DNA of 39,277 nt, from positions 1 to 39,277 of the forward strand of contig DASCNF010000157.1 in NCBI GenBank assembly GCA_036011345.1. The letters are read 5' to 3'. The stretch is from Rhodospirillales bacterium. Its GTDB lineage: Bacteria > Pseudomonadota > Alphaproteobacteria > Rhodospirillales > JASLQF01. Under the pieces are notes generated by a model that saw only the letters and a program-made list of their open reading frames with translations, was not told the DNA's origin and did no database searches. This document shows, piece by piece, positions 21,767 through 30,911 of this stretch; the first letter of the stretch is position 1, and each line of letters begins with the position of its first letter. Position numbers and translations under genes: made by a program.

Positions 21767-21865
21767 TGGTTTCTATCCATCAGGCGGCGCGGCGCGCCAA
21801 ATAGATATCCTTCGATTGCCGCATCGCCCCGGTTGGCGGATAATCCCGTCGAGGGGGCCCGCGTC

Positions 21866-22435
21866 ATGGCTAAGACCAAGACACCGCCCACGGCACCGTC
21901 CAGTCTTGCCGACGATTGGGATGTGGCGATGTAGTCGGTCAGCGACTGGCTCATCGGCCGGGCGCTGAAAGACACCGGAATCGAGGATCTTTTCGCCGGC
22001 CTTTGCAAGCGCTTGACAGAAGCCGGCCTGCCCCTGTGGCGGGCTTACGTGGCGGTGTCGACGCTGCACCCCATGTTCATAGGCAAGGGGCGCACTTGGC
22101 GACGCGACGGTGGCCTCATCTCGGCGTCCTTTCGGCGCGACGCGCCCGATCAGGAAAATTGGCGCAACAGCTCCCTTCACCATTTGGTGCAAACCGACCT
22201 TGGCGAGTTGCGCCGCCGCCTGGAGGGGGCCAACGCCGAGCTCGATTTCGCCGTCCTCGAAGAGTTCCAAAACGAAGGCGCCATCGATTACTTGGTTTTC
22301 GTCACGCCCTTCAGCGAACGCCCCGACGCCCTGGCCAGGCGCGACGGCATGGTCACGTCGTGGGTCACGGACCAGGCGGGCGGCTTCACCGACGGCCACG
22401 TGGCCACGCTCAGGCGGCGCGGCAGTAGTCGATGA
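21866..22435 (+). pseudogene. Remnant of a class III adenylate/guanylate cyclase (N-terminal sensor-like region only), with an in-frame TAG and a 3' truncation
   Basis: MAKTKTPPTAPSSLADDWDVAM-TAG(21932-21934)-SVSDWLIGRALKDTGIEDLFAGLCKRLTEAGLPLWRAYVAVSTLHP...WVTDQAGGFTDGHVATLRR. This resembles the conserved N-terminal region of rhizobial-type cyclases. No cyclase catalytic domain follows. Confidence 0.65.
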
Positions 22436-22766
22436 GTTGCTGCCACGAGCTCAGCACCGGGCGTTCCATCACCTCGTCGCGCAACATGCGCAGGGCCACG
22501 GCGCGCACCGTCTTGAGCGCGACGACGGCGGCCTAGCCGATGCCATCGACCTTGGCCAGCGCCCGGGCGTCGGCGTTGATGGCCTCGGCGAAGGAGCCTA
22601 AACGCGCCAGCAGCGCCTTGGCGAGGGGTTTGACGTCGCGCCGGGGAAGCGCCGAGAAGAGCACCAGCTTGAGGAGTTCGTAGTCGGGAAGCGCCTCCGG
22701 CCCGCCCTTCATGAAGCGCACCTGAAGGCGTTTGCGGTGGCCCGTATAGAGCTTTTTGTCGGTCAC
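22410..22766 (-). pseudogene. radC: radC (JAB/MPN-domain DNA-repair-associated protein) remnant, with an in-frame TAG and no JAB domain
   Basis: MTDKKLYTGHRKRLQVRFMKGGPEALPDYELLKLVLFSALPRRDVKPLAKALLARLGSFAEAI...VDGIG-TAG(22533-22535)-AAVVALKTVRAVALRMLRDEVMERPVLSSWQQLIDYCRAA-TGA(22410-22412). The about 120-aa JAB/MPN C-terminal domain is absent. Confidence 0.75.
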
Positions 22767-22776
22767 GGCCGGGCCC

Positions 22777-23598
22777 TCAGGTTTCGTAGGGCGGCCGATG
22801 GAGGCCGGCGGGTGACAGGGTGAATATCTCGTAACCGGTGGCGGTGACGCCGATCGAATGCTCGAACTGGCACGACAGCGAGCGGTCCTTGGTGACCGCC
22901 GTCCAGCCGTCGTCGAGCACCTTCACGTCGTAGCGTCCGGCGTTGATCATGGGCTCGATGGTGAAGAACATGCCCTCGCGCAGCTTCACGCCCTCGCCCG
23001 GGTTGCCGAAATGCATGATGTTGGGGGCGTCGTGGAAGACGCGGCCGAGGCCGTGGCCGCAGAAATCGCGCACCACCGAGTAGCGGTGTTTTTCGGCATA
23101 GGTCTGGATGGCGTGGCCGATGTCGCCGACAGTGGCGCCGGCGCGCACTGCCTCGATGCCGCGCATCATGGCCTCGTAGGTGACGTCGGCCAGGCGGCGC
23201 GCCTTTACCCCCACCTTGCCGATGCAGAACATGCGGCTACTATCGCCGTGCCAGCCGTCGAGGATGACGGTGACGTCGATGTTGAGCACGTCGCCGGCCT
23301 GCAGGCGCTTGGGGCCGGGGATGCCGTGGCATACCACGTGGTTTACCGAGGTGCAGATGGACTTGGGGAAGCCCCGGTAATCGAGGGGCGCTGAGATGGC
23401 GCCGTGGGCCTCGGTGAAGTCGTGGCAAAGCCGGTCGAGCTCGTCCGTCGTCACCCCCGGGCGCACGTGGGGCGTGACGTAATCGAGGGTTTCGGCGGCC
23501 AAGCGCCCGGTCTTGCGCATGGCCTCGAACTCCTCGAAGCCGTGGGTTTTGATGCGCCGGCCTTCGCGTGCCGCGTCTTTCATGCTTGCGTCGTTCAT
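22777..23598 (-). CDS. map: Type I methionine aminopeptidase
   Basis: MNDASMKDAAREGRRIKT...SVNHVVCHGIP...DVTVILDGWHGDSS...FCGHGLG...FTIEPM...QFEHSIGVT carries the metal-ligand motifs. Start at the internal Met (23598). Confidence 0.96.
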   Translation of the reverse strand: MNDASMKDAAREGRRIKTHGFEEFEAMRKTGRLAAETLDYVTPHVRPGVTTDELDRLCHDFTEAHGAISAPLDYRGFPKSICTSVNHVVCHGIPGPKRLQAGDVLNIDVTVILDGWHGDSSRMFCIGKVGVKARRLADVTYEAMMRGIEAVRAGATVGDIGHAIQTYAEKHRYSVVRDFCGHGLGRVFHDAPNIMHFGNPGEGVKLREGMFFTIEPMINAGRYDVKVLDDGWTAVTKDRSLSCQFEHSIGVTATGYEIFTLSPAGLHRPPYET

Positions 23599-23629
23599 GG
23601 CGTGATTATGGCACCACGCGCCGCTGAAT

Positions 23630-24379
23630 TCACGTCCCCGTGGAGCGGCGCGCCGAGCCGGGTACCGCCGCCGGCTCGAAGGCAAGGGGCGCTGCCACCT
23701 CGATCGCCGTCGTCGATAGTCGGCAGGCGTAGCACACGGCTTCGACCCCGGCGGCCAGGGCATGGTCGAAGGCCTCGGCATAGATCGGGTCGATGTCCGC
23801 CGCGATGGCGAACCGCCGGCTGTCCTCGCGCTGCACCAGATAGACCATGACGGCGCGGTGTCCCTCGGCGACCATGCGCGATAGCTCGGCCAAGTGCTTG
23901 GTGCCGCGCGCCGTCACCGAGTCGGGGAACTCGGCCGGCGCCGCATCGTCGGCGCCGCGCCGCATGGTGACGTTCTTGACCTCGACGTAGCAATCGGGGC
24001 GCCCGTCGTCCTCCAGCAACAGATCGATGCGCGAGTTCTGGCCGTACTTGACCTCGCGGCGCAACGTCGCGTAGTCGCCGAGCTCGGCGAAGGTGCCGGC
24101 GGCGATCGCCTCTTCCACCAGGCGGTTGGGGTGGGCGGTGTTGATGCCGACAAGGCCGTTGCCGATGCGCACCAGCTCCCAGGTGTAGCGCAGCTTGCGT
24201 TCCGGGTTGCGGGCCGGCGACAGCCACACCTCGGAGCCCGGCGCATTGACGCTAAGCATGGACCCGGGGTTGGCGCAGTGGGCGGTGACCACCTCGCCGC
24301 TGGCCAGCTCGACGTCGGCGAGGAACCGCTTGTAGCGGCGCATCAGTGTGCCGCGCACCAGGGGATCGAGGAATTCCAT
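23630..24379 (-). CDS. sfsA: DNA/RNA nuclease SfsA
   Basis: MEFLDPLVRGTLMRRYKRFLADVELASGEVVTAHCANPGSM...YVEVKNVT...FPDSVTARGTKHL. Confidence 0.92.
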   Translation of the reverse strand: MEFLDPLVRGTLMRRYKRFLADVELASGEVVTAHCANPGSMLSVNAPGSEVWLSPARNPERKLRYTWELVRIGNGLVGINTAHPNRLVEEAIAAGTFAELGDYATLRREVKYGQNSRIDLLLEDDGRPDCYVEVKNVTMRRGADDAAPAEFPDSVTARGTKHLAELSRMVAEGHRAVMVYLVQREDSRRFAIAADIDPIYAEAFDHALAAGVEAVCYACRLSTTAIEVAAPLAFEPAAVPGSARRSTGT

Positions 24380-24423
24380 GGCGGGAAACCTAGTTGCCGC
24401 GCTTGGCCCTGGCAACCGCCGGC

Positions 24424-25359
24424 TTAGCGCGGTTTGGCTTTTTCACCGGCTGGGATCTCGGTGGTATTGAGGGCATCGGAGATGCGCGCCCGTGCGCTGT
24501 CCGGCGCCAGCGGCTTTTGCTGCGAGGGGTGCGGCGCCCAGGCGGTTAGGTAGATGACCTGAAAGGTGGCGGGGATGCGCCCGTCGGCGCCGGCAAACTG
24601 GTCGCGGTAGCGGGCGGCGGCGTTCATGAGGGTGGCGCGCCGGCTCAACCCCTTGCGGCGCTCGGTGACGGCGTTGGTTTCGCCCATGCCGCGTAGGTCG
24701 GTCATGAGTTCGAGGGGGTCCGCGTAGGACACCACCACGGTATCGACGTCGACCACGGGCAACGCGAAGCCGGCGCGCCCAAGCAGGTTGCCAGCGTCGC
24801 GCACGTCGGCGAAGGGGGAGACCCTGGGGCTCAGCCCCCCTTCCTCGGCGATCTCCGAACCGGCCAGAACGGCGCGCAGTTCCTTGAGGGTCTCGCCGCC
24901 CAGCATGGCGGCGAGGAACAATCCGTCGGGTTTGAGCGCCCGGCGCACCTGCACCAAGGCGCCGGGCAGGTCGTTCACCCAGTGTAGGCTCAGGCAACTG
25001 AGCACCAGGTCGAAGTAGGCGCCGGCGAAGGGCAAGAACTCCTCGCTGGCGGCCAGGCAGAGGCTGCCGGCGCGGCGCGCCATCCCCGCCATCTGCGGCG
25101 ACAGGTCGCACTGGAACAGGGTCTCGATGCCGCCGCGGCCGCGTAGCAGGCGGCCCATCTGGCCACCGTGGCAGCCCAGGTCGAGGGCACGCGGGAAACG
25201 CCGCGTCACATCGTCGAGGCGGTCCGCTAGACGCTCGCCGACCTCGCCGATGAGGAAGTCGTGGCCGCCGAAACCGGCCGCCGCGCGCTCCCGGTGGCGG
25301 CGCACGGCGGCGCGGTCGAATACGTTCATGACCTCGTTCATGACGGGTGTCCGCGTCAT
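24424..25359 (-). CDS. Class I SAM-dependent methyltransferase (Methyltransf_11-like)
   Basis: ALDLGCHGGQMG (motif I) and FDLVLSCLSLHWVNDLPGALVQVRRALKPDGLF. The start could be any of three N-terminal Mets. Confidence 0.85.
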   Translation of the reverse strand: MTRTPVMNEVMNVFDRAAVRRHRERAAAGFGGHDFLIGEVGERLADRLDDVTRRFPRALDLGCHGGQMGRLLRGRGGIETLFQCDLSPQMAGMARRAGSLCLAASEEFLPFAGAYFDLVLSCLSLHWVNDLPGALVQVRRALKPDGLFLAAMLGGETLKELRAVLAGSEIAEEGGLSPRVSPFADVRDAGNLLGRAGFALPVVDVDTVVVSYADPLELMTDLRGMGETNAVTERRKGLSRRATLMNAAARYRDQFAGADGRIPATFQVIYLTAWAPHPSQQKPLAPDSARARISDALNTTEIPAGEKAKPR

Positions 25360-25385
25360 TTCATCCCTTGGGCACCATATGTTAG

Positions 25386-25874
25386 ATTCTATCCAATCTG
25401 GAACACCAATGGGAGGGCGGCGCGGCGATTACCGCAACCAAGGCAGGCGGGCCGGCCCCAGCGACGCCTGCCCGGGCGAAGCCGAGGCTTGGTCTCAGCG
25501 AAGACAGGCCGGGATCGGCGATCGCCTACGACGCCGCCAGCCGGCGGCTGGTCCTCGCCTTCAAGAACGGCGATCGTACCGATGTGCTGGTGCCCGTGCT
25601 GTTCCATTGGAAGCGCTTGTTCGCGCGGCGCTACAACCAGGCGGCTCTGCTCGCCCAGTCTATCGCCCGCCTCAGCGGCGTCGCGGTGACGCCGGGGCTG
25701 CTGAGGCGTCGCCGGCGCATCCCGTCCCAGGGCAGGTTCAGCCTGGCGGCGCGCCGGTGCAACGTGAGGGGCGCCTTCGCGCTGGCCCCGGTGGTGGCCC
25801 GCATCAAAAGCTGCCGCGTGCTGCTCATCGACGACGTGTTGACCCTGGCCCGGGTGCCGCGGCCCGGCTTTTGA
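25386..25874 (+). pseudogene. comF: ComF-family (phosphoribosyltransferase-like) remnant
   Basis: The frame is open from 25386 with no ATG. It reads ...SAIAYDAASRRLVLAFKNGDRTD|VLVPVLFHWKRLFARRYNQAALLAQSIARLSG...NVRGAFALAP...RVLLIDDVLT|LARV. The N-terminal Cys4 zinc finger, the segment between DRTD and VPV, and the PRPP loop (TTGAT...) are all missing. Confidence 0.6.
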
Positions 25875-25923
25875 GATCGGCGCCGCAATTGCGGGTCATG
25901 ACGTGGTGTTTGGGGAGGAGTAC

Positions 25924-26350
25924 ATGGAGCAACGTATCAGCCTGATAACGCTTGGCGTTTCCGATTTTGATCGCAGCCGGGAGTTTTACGAAAACCTTGG
26001 TTGGAGGTGCTCCTTTACGGAAGCCCAAGGCATCGCCTTCTTCCAGGCGGGGGGAATGGCGCATGCCCTTTAACCCGCGCGACGAACTTGCTAGGGATGT
26101 GGCCCTGCCAGTAGAAGGGAGCGAGTTCGGTGGGATGGTGCTCGCCCACAACACACGGAACCGTGCCGAAGTGGACACGGCGTTGGCCGAGGCTCAAGCC
26201 TCTGGTGCAACGCTTCTCAAACCGGCCGAGGACGCATTCTTGGGCGTCTATTCCGGCCGCTTCGCGGATCCCGACGGCTGCCTAAGGGAGGTTGCGTGGA
26301 ACCCGAATTTCGAGATGAAGGCGGATGGAAGCATCCGGCTTCCGGACTGA
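25924..26350 (+). pseudogene. VOC (glyoxalase/bleomycin-resistance) family protein with one frameshift
   Basis: MEQRISLITLGVSDFDRSREFYENLGWRCSFTEAQGIAFFQAGGMAHAL-TAA (26071) is in one frame. It continues as FNPRDELARDVALPVEGSEFGGMVLAHNTRNRAEVDTALAEAQASGATLLKPAEDAFLGVYSGRFADPDGCLREVAWNP in the next frame. GGGGAGGAG lies before the ATG at 25924. Confidence 0.75.
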
Positions 26351-26438
26351 CGCCACCCTTTATGCCGAGGGTACAAATCCGGTAACAAGGAGCCTGGGGA
26401 GACGCCTTTCGCGATCGGTGTCTCGGCAGAGAGGCCAA

Positions 26439-26720
26439 ATGCCCGAGATCGAGATCTACGCGACGCCGTTTTGTCCGTTCTGCTATCGGGCCAAGGCCCT
26501 GCTCGCCGACAAGAGCGCCGCCTTCACCGAGATCGACGTCATGGTCGAACCGGTGCGGCGCAGCGAAATGATGGATCGCGCCGGCGGCGGTTACACCGTG
26601 CCGCAAGTCTTCGTCGACGACGCCCGTATCGGAGACTGCAACGAGCTCTATGCGTTGGAATACGCCGGCAAGCTCGACGTCCTCCTCGGCCTTGGGCGCG
26701 GCGAGGAGGAAGGGAAATGA
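26439..26720 (+). CDS. grxC: Glutaredoxin 3 (dithiol, CPFC)
   Basis: MPEIEIYATPFCPFCYRAKALL...TVPQVFVDDARIGDCNELYAL. ATG at 26439. Confidence 0.93.
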   Translation: MPEIEIYATPFCPFCYRAKALLADKSAAFTEIDVMVEPVRRSEMMDRAGGGYTVPQVFVDDARIGDCNELYALEYAGKLDVLLGLGRGEEEGK

Positions 26721-27547
26721 CCATGACGTTCACCGCGGCGTGCGTGCAGACCAGTTCGGCGCGCGACGTGGCGCCCAATATCGAAGCGGCGAGCCAGTTG
26801 GTGCGCGCGGCGCGCGGCGCCGGGGCCGACCTGATCCTTCTTCCGGAAATAGTCAACATGCTCGAACCGCGTAGCCGACTGGCCCGCGAGAAGGCGCGCC
26901 CCCAGGACGAAGACCCGGCGCTTGCCGCCTTCCGCGTCCTCGCCGCCGAGACCGGGGCTTGGTTGTTGATCGGTTCCCTGGTCATCAAGCTGGATGACGA
27001 AAAACTTGCCAACCGTTCGTTCCTGGTCACCCCCGACGGCAACATCGTCGCCCATTACGACAAGATCCACATGTTCGACGTCGAAGTGGATGACGGCCAG
27101 ACCTACCGCGAGTCCGCCGCCTACCAGCCCGGCACCCGCGCCGTCGTCGCCGCCACCCCGTGGGGGCGGCTCGGCATGACGGTCTGTTACGACGTGCGCT
27201 TCCCCTATCTCTACCGCTCCCTGGCCCAAGCCGGCGCCGAGTTCATTTCCGTGCCGGCCGCCTTCACCCGTGTCACCGGCCAGGCCCACTGGCATGTTTT
27301 GCTGCGTGCCCGCGCCATCGAGAACGGCTGCTTCGTGCTGGCCCCCGCCCAGTGCGGCGAGCACGCCGAGAAGCGGCGGACCTACGGCCACTCGCTGATC
27401 ATCGACCCGTGGGGCGAGGTGTTGGCGGACGGCGGCGCCGATGTCGGCTTCGTGGTCGCCGACATCGATCTCTCGAAGGTCGCCCAGGCGCGGCACTCGA
27501 TCCCGTCGCTCACCCACGACCGTTCGATCGAGGAGATGGAGGAGTAG
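26717..27547 (+). CDS. Carbon-nitrogen hydrolase (nitrilase superfamily) protein
   Basis: MTMTFTAACVQ...LILLPE...YDKIHMFD...GMTVCYDVRFP is the Glu-Lys-Cys triad context. The ATG overlaps the grxC stop (ATGA). Confidence 0.92.
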   Translation: MTMTFTAACVQTSSARDVAPNIEAASQLVRAARGAGADLILLPEIVNMLEPRSRLAREKARPQDEDPALAAFRVLAAETGAWLLIGSLVIKLDDEKLANRSFLVTPDGNIVAHYDKIHMFDVEVDDGQTYRESAAYQPGTRAVVAATPWGRLGMTVCYDVRFPYLYRSLAQAGAEFISVPAAFTRVTGQAHWHVLLRARAIENGCFVLAPAQCGEHAEKRRTYGHSLIIDPWGEVLADGGADVGFVVADIDLSKVAQARHSIPSLTHDRSIEEMEE

Positions 27548-28157
27548 CCGGTACCGGGTGCAGCGGACGCGGCTCCGGTTCCGCGCCGCGCCCGGGCGCG
27601 CTGTGAGCGTTCACCGCCGCTAGGCGCTGGACGACGGCGGTCTGGCCGCCGACTTCGGTAATTCCGTGCTCGTAGGCGACCACATCGAGCCTGCCCTGCA
27701 CCAGCTCGAGGAGTTCGCCGTCGGCAAGCAGGTGGTCCGGATTGCGCGGCCGGCGGAAACGCTCATTGCCACGAGCAAAGGTCTCGTAGATTAAAACACC
27801 CCCCGTCTGCACGGTGTCGCGCAGGATGGGAAGGAGCGGTCGGTGCAGGTAGTTGGTGACGACGACGGCGGCGAAGAGGCGCCCGGCCAGGGGCCACGGC
27901 CCGCCGTCCTCGAGGTCCGCCTCGATGATCTCGGCCGCGGGTAAGTCCTTGAGGCCGGAGACGCCGCTGGTGTCGCGGTCGATGGCGGTAACGCCGCGCC
28001 CCAGCTCCAGGAAGAGGCGGCTGTGTCTACCACTGCCGCAGGCCACGTCCAGCACTGTGCCCTGCAAAGGGGCGAGAGGCGCGAAGCGGCGCACCCAGGG
28101 AGACGCCTCGCTGGCCTTGCGGTGGGGGTGGGTGGGGGGCGGCGCCGGATTTTCCAT
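27510..28157 (-). CDS. Class I SAM-dependent methyltransferase
   Basis: VLDVACGSGRHS (motif I). The C-terminal about 30 aa are low-complexity (APGRGAEPEPRPLHPVPATPPSPRS) and overlap the convergent C-N hydrolase 3' end by 38 nt. Confidence 0.8.
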   Translation of the reverse strand: MENPAPPPTHPHRKASEASPWVRRFAPLAPLQGTVLDVACGSGRHSRLFLELGRGVTAIDRDTSGVSGLKDLPAAEIIEADLEDGGPWPLAGRLFAAVVVTNYLHRPLLPILRDTVQTGGVLIYETFARGNERFRRPRNPDHLLADGELLELVQGRLDVVAYEHGITEVGGQTAVVQRLAAVNAHSAPGRGAEPEPRPLHPVPATPPSPRSNGRG

Positions 28158-28254
28158 TTGTTAACCGTTGACGGATATGCTTGGCAAAGGTTGAGAATCA
28201 ATATAAGGAAACTAACCTAAGCGGACGTTTGGTGGGAATTGGCGGCGTATCGTC

Positions 28255-28683
28255 ATGATCGTTTACCAGCTCAAGTGCTCCGGCGGCCACGGGTTCGAGG
28301 CTTGGTTCCGCGACGGGGCTTCCTATGAGACGCAAAGGACCGCCGGCGATGTTGCGTGTCCCATGTGCGGCGACACCGATGTCGGAAAGGCACCCATGGC
28401 GCCTCACGTCGCCACCAGCCGTTCCCACCTCGATCTGCACGAAAGGCGCGCCCGGGAAGTAGCCAGGGAGATACTTCAGACGGTGGATAAACTGCGCCGG
28501 GAAGTCGAGGACAATTGCGACAACGTCGGCGACAAGTTCGCCGAGGAAGCGCGGCGCATCCACCATGGCGAGACCGAGGAGCGTGGCATCTACGGCGAGG
28601 CCACCAACGCCGAGGCCGTGGAACTCGACGACGAGGGGATCGAATTCTACCGCCTGCCCCGCATCGAGCGCCGCGATAACTGA
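28255..28683 (+). CDS. DUF1178 family zinc-ribbon protein
   Basis: MIVYQLKCSGGHGFEAWFRDGASYE...VACPMCGDTDVGKAPMAP is the typical DUF1178 N-terminus. Confidence 0.88.
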   Translation: MIVYQLKCSGGHGFEAWFRDGASYETQRTAGDVACPMCGDTDVGKAPMAPHVATSRSHLDLHERRAREVAREILQTVDKLRREVEDNCDNVGDKFAEEARRIHHGETEERGIYGEATNAEAVELDDEGIEFYRLPRIERRDN

Positions 28684-28719
28684 CGGCTTTCCCCTTCCAC
28701 CACCCACAAATCCCTCCGC

Positions 28720-29493
28720 TTATTCCTCCTTTACCGCGAAAACCAGATAGTTCACGTCCAGGTTGCCGCCCAGCGACCAGGCGCCGCTGAGCGGACTGTA
28801 GGTCATCCCCTTGAGTTCGACGACCTCGACGCCGTGGCGGTACAACGCCTTAGCGAGTTCTGAGGGGCGCACAAACCGGCGCCAGTCGTGGGTGCCGCGC
28901 GGCAGCCAGCCGAGTACGTACTCGGCGCCGAACTTGGCCAGCGCCAGGGCCTTGAGTGTGCGGTTGAGGGTGGCCGCCACCATTACGCCACCCGGCTTGA
29001 CGAGACTACAACAGGCGGCCAGGAAGGCACCGACGTCGGGTACGTGCTCCACCACCTCCATGTTGAGTACCACGTCGAAGGAGCGGCCTTCCCGGGCGAG
29101 GGCTTCGGGCAGGACGCAGCGGTATTCGATGTCGAGGCCGACTTGGTGGGCGTGCACGGTGGCCGCGCGCACATTCTCCTGGCCGGCGTCGATTCCGGTG
29201 ACGCAGGCGCCGAGGCGGCACATGGGCTCCGAGAGCAGGCCGCCGCCGCACCCGATGTCGAGCATGCCGAGCCCGCGAAGGGGTTCTTGGCCGAGCGGAT
29301 CGCGCCCCAGGCGGCCCGCCATCCGGTCGCGGACGAAGGCGATGCGCGTCGGGTTGATGGCGTGCAGGGGCCGGAACTTGCCGTTGGCATCCCACCACTC
29401 ATCGGCCAGTGCGGTGAAGCGGGCGACCTCGGCGGCTGAGGCGGTGCCGGTGTCGGCGCGGCGCGGGTTCTTGCGGGCGGCTTTGCGGGCCAT
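28720..29493 (-). CDS. ubiG: Bifunctional ubiquinone biosynthesis O-methyltransferase UbiG
   Basis: EVARFTALADEWWDANGKFRPLHAINPTRIAFVRD...MLDIGCGGGLLSEPM...VLNMEVVEHVPD...GTHDWRRFVRPSEL. Start at the internal Met (29493). Confidence 0.93.
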   Translation of the reverse strand: MARKAARKNPRRADTGTASAAEVARFTALADEWWDANGKFRPLHAINPTRIAFVRDRMAGRLGRDPLGQEPLRGLGMLDIGCGGGLLSEPMCRLGACVTGIDAGQENVRAATVHAHQVGLDIEYRCVLPEALAREGRSFDVVLNMEVVEHVPDVGAFLAACCSLVKPGGVMVAATLNRTLKALALAKFGAEYVLGWLPRGTHDWRRFVRPSELAKALYRHGVEVVELKGMTYSPLSGAWSLGGNLDVNYLVFAVKEE

Positions 29494-29690
29494 GATCCTG
29501 GTTCCGGTAACGAAGATGGGGCGTGGGCTTGCCTCACGCGCGCCAATGAGAGTATGTATACCCGCCCGCCGCGCTGCAACCGGGACCCGGCAGGGCGGAC
29601 ACCCACGAACCTGTAGGCGCTCGCGCGGCCCCTCCCACCGGTACGCCCGCCGGAGGTGTACGCGGGCGGGGAACCTCAAGGAACGGCGCC

Positions 29691-30911
29691 ATGGCTCGCA
29701 TCGTTCAGAAATTCGGCGGCACCTCGATCGCCGACGTGGAAAGAATCAAGGCTGCCGCCCAGCGCGTCAAGCGCGAGGTGGATGCCGGCAACGAGGTCGC
29801 GGTCGCGGTGTCCGCCATGGCCGGGATCACCGATGAGCTGGACGGCCATGCCAGCGACGTAAGCGTGCTGCACGATGCCCGCGAGTACGACGTTGTGGTG
29901 TCGGCCGGCGAACAAGTGACCGCTGGCCTGCTGGCCATGGCCTTGCAGGACGTCGGTGTCGCCGCCCGTTCGTGGCTGGGCTGGCAAATCCCCATAAGCA
30001 CCGACGGGGCCCACGGCAGGGCGCGCATAAACGATATCGGGACACAAGAACTGGAGCGCCGGCTGGGACGTGGCGAGGTGGCGGTGGTTGCCGGTTTTCA
30101 AGGCGTCGGAACCGATGGCCGCGTGACCACGTTCGGCCGCGGCGGCACGGACACCACAGCCGTCGCCCTGGCGGCGGTGCTGGGGGCCGAGCGCTGCGAC
30201 ATCTACACCGACGTCGACGGCGTCTACACGAGCGACCCGCGCATCGTTGCTACGGCCCGCAAGTTGAACAAGATCACCTTCGAAGAGATGTTGGAAATGG
30301 CTTCGGTGGGAGCCAAAGTGTTGCAGACCCGTGCCGTGGAGCTGGCCATGAAGCGGGGCGTGCGCCTGCAGGTGTTGTCGAGCTTCAACAATACGCCGGG
30401 CACCCTGGTCGTAAATGAGGACGAAATCGTGGAACAAGAAACGGTAAGCGGCGTTGCCTACAGCCGGGACGAGGCTAAGATCACCCTGACCCGGGTGGCC
30501 GATCGGCCGGGCGTCGCGGCGAGCATCTTCGGCCCCCTGGCCGAGGCCGGGATCAACGTGGACATGATCGTCCAGAATGTCACGGCGGACGGCTCCACCA
30601 CCGACCTTACCTTCACCGTGACGATGGGCGATCTGGATCGGGCCGTCGAGATACTCGAGGGCCAGCGCCAGACGTTGAGATTCGACGACTTGGTATCCGA
30701 CCCCAACGTGGTGAAGGTGGCGGTCGTCGGGGTCGGCATGCGAAGCCATGCTGGCGTCGCCCAGCGTATGTTCCAGACGCTCGCTGAAAAAGGCATAAAC
30801 ATTCAGGTGATCTCCACCTCCGAGATCAAGGTGAGCGTTCTGATCGCCGAGGAGTACACCGAGCTCGCCGTACGCGCCCTGCATACGGCGTATGGTCTCG
30901 ACGCCGACTGA
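29691..30911 (+). CDS. lysC: Aspartate kinase
   Basis: MARIVQKFGGTSIADVERIK...VSAMAG...TFGRGGTDTTAVALA...DVDGVYTSDPRIV, plus two C-terminal ACT domains. AAGGAA lies upstream. Confidence 0.97.
   Translation: MARIVQKFGGTSIADVERIKAAAQRVKREVDAGNEVAVAVSAMAGITDELDGHASDVSVLHDAREYDVVVSAGEQVTAGLLAMALQDVGVAARSWLGWQIPISTDGAHGRARINDIGTQELERRLGRGEVAVVAGFQGVGTDGRVTTFGRGGTDTTAVALAAVLGAERCDIYTDVDGVYTSDPRIVATARKLNKITFEEMLEMASVGAKVLQTRAVELAMKRGVRLQVLSSFNNTPGTLVVNEDEIVEQETVSGVAYSRDEAKITLTRVADRPGVAASIFGPLAEAGINVDMIVQNVTADGSTTDLTFTVTMGDLDRAVEILEGQRQTLRFDDLVSDPNVVKVAVVGVGMRSHAGVAQRMFQTLAEKGINIQVISTSEIKVSVLIAEEYTELAVRALHTAYGLDAD

Noticed and set aside
21932-22535. Two in-frame TAG codons in adjacent genes might indicate TAG recoding (for example pyrrolysine-like) or an alternative genetic code.
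   Set aside because: TAG is used as the ordinary stop codon of many intact genes here (gcrA, NRDE, LLM, AstE-like, ispG, purC). Both TAG-containing genes are also truncated by a deletion, so pseudogenisation is the simpler reading.
29494-29690. The ubiG-lysC divergent region could carry a lysine riboswitch in front of aspartate kinase.
   Set aside because: It contains only a simple 7-bp stem (CGCCCGC...GCGGGCG) and a GTATAC palindrome. I could not recognise the multi-helix L-box core; an Infernal scan would be decisive.
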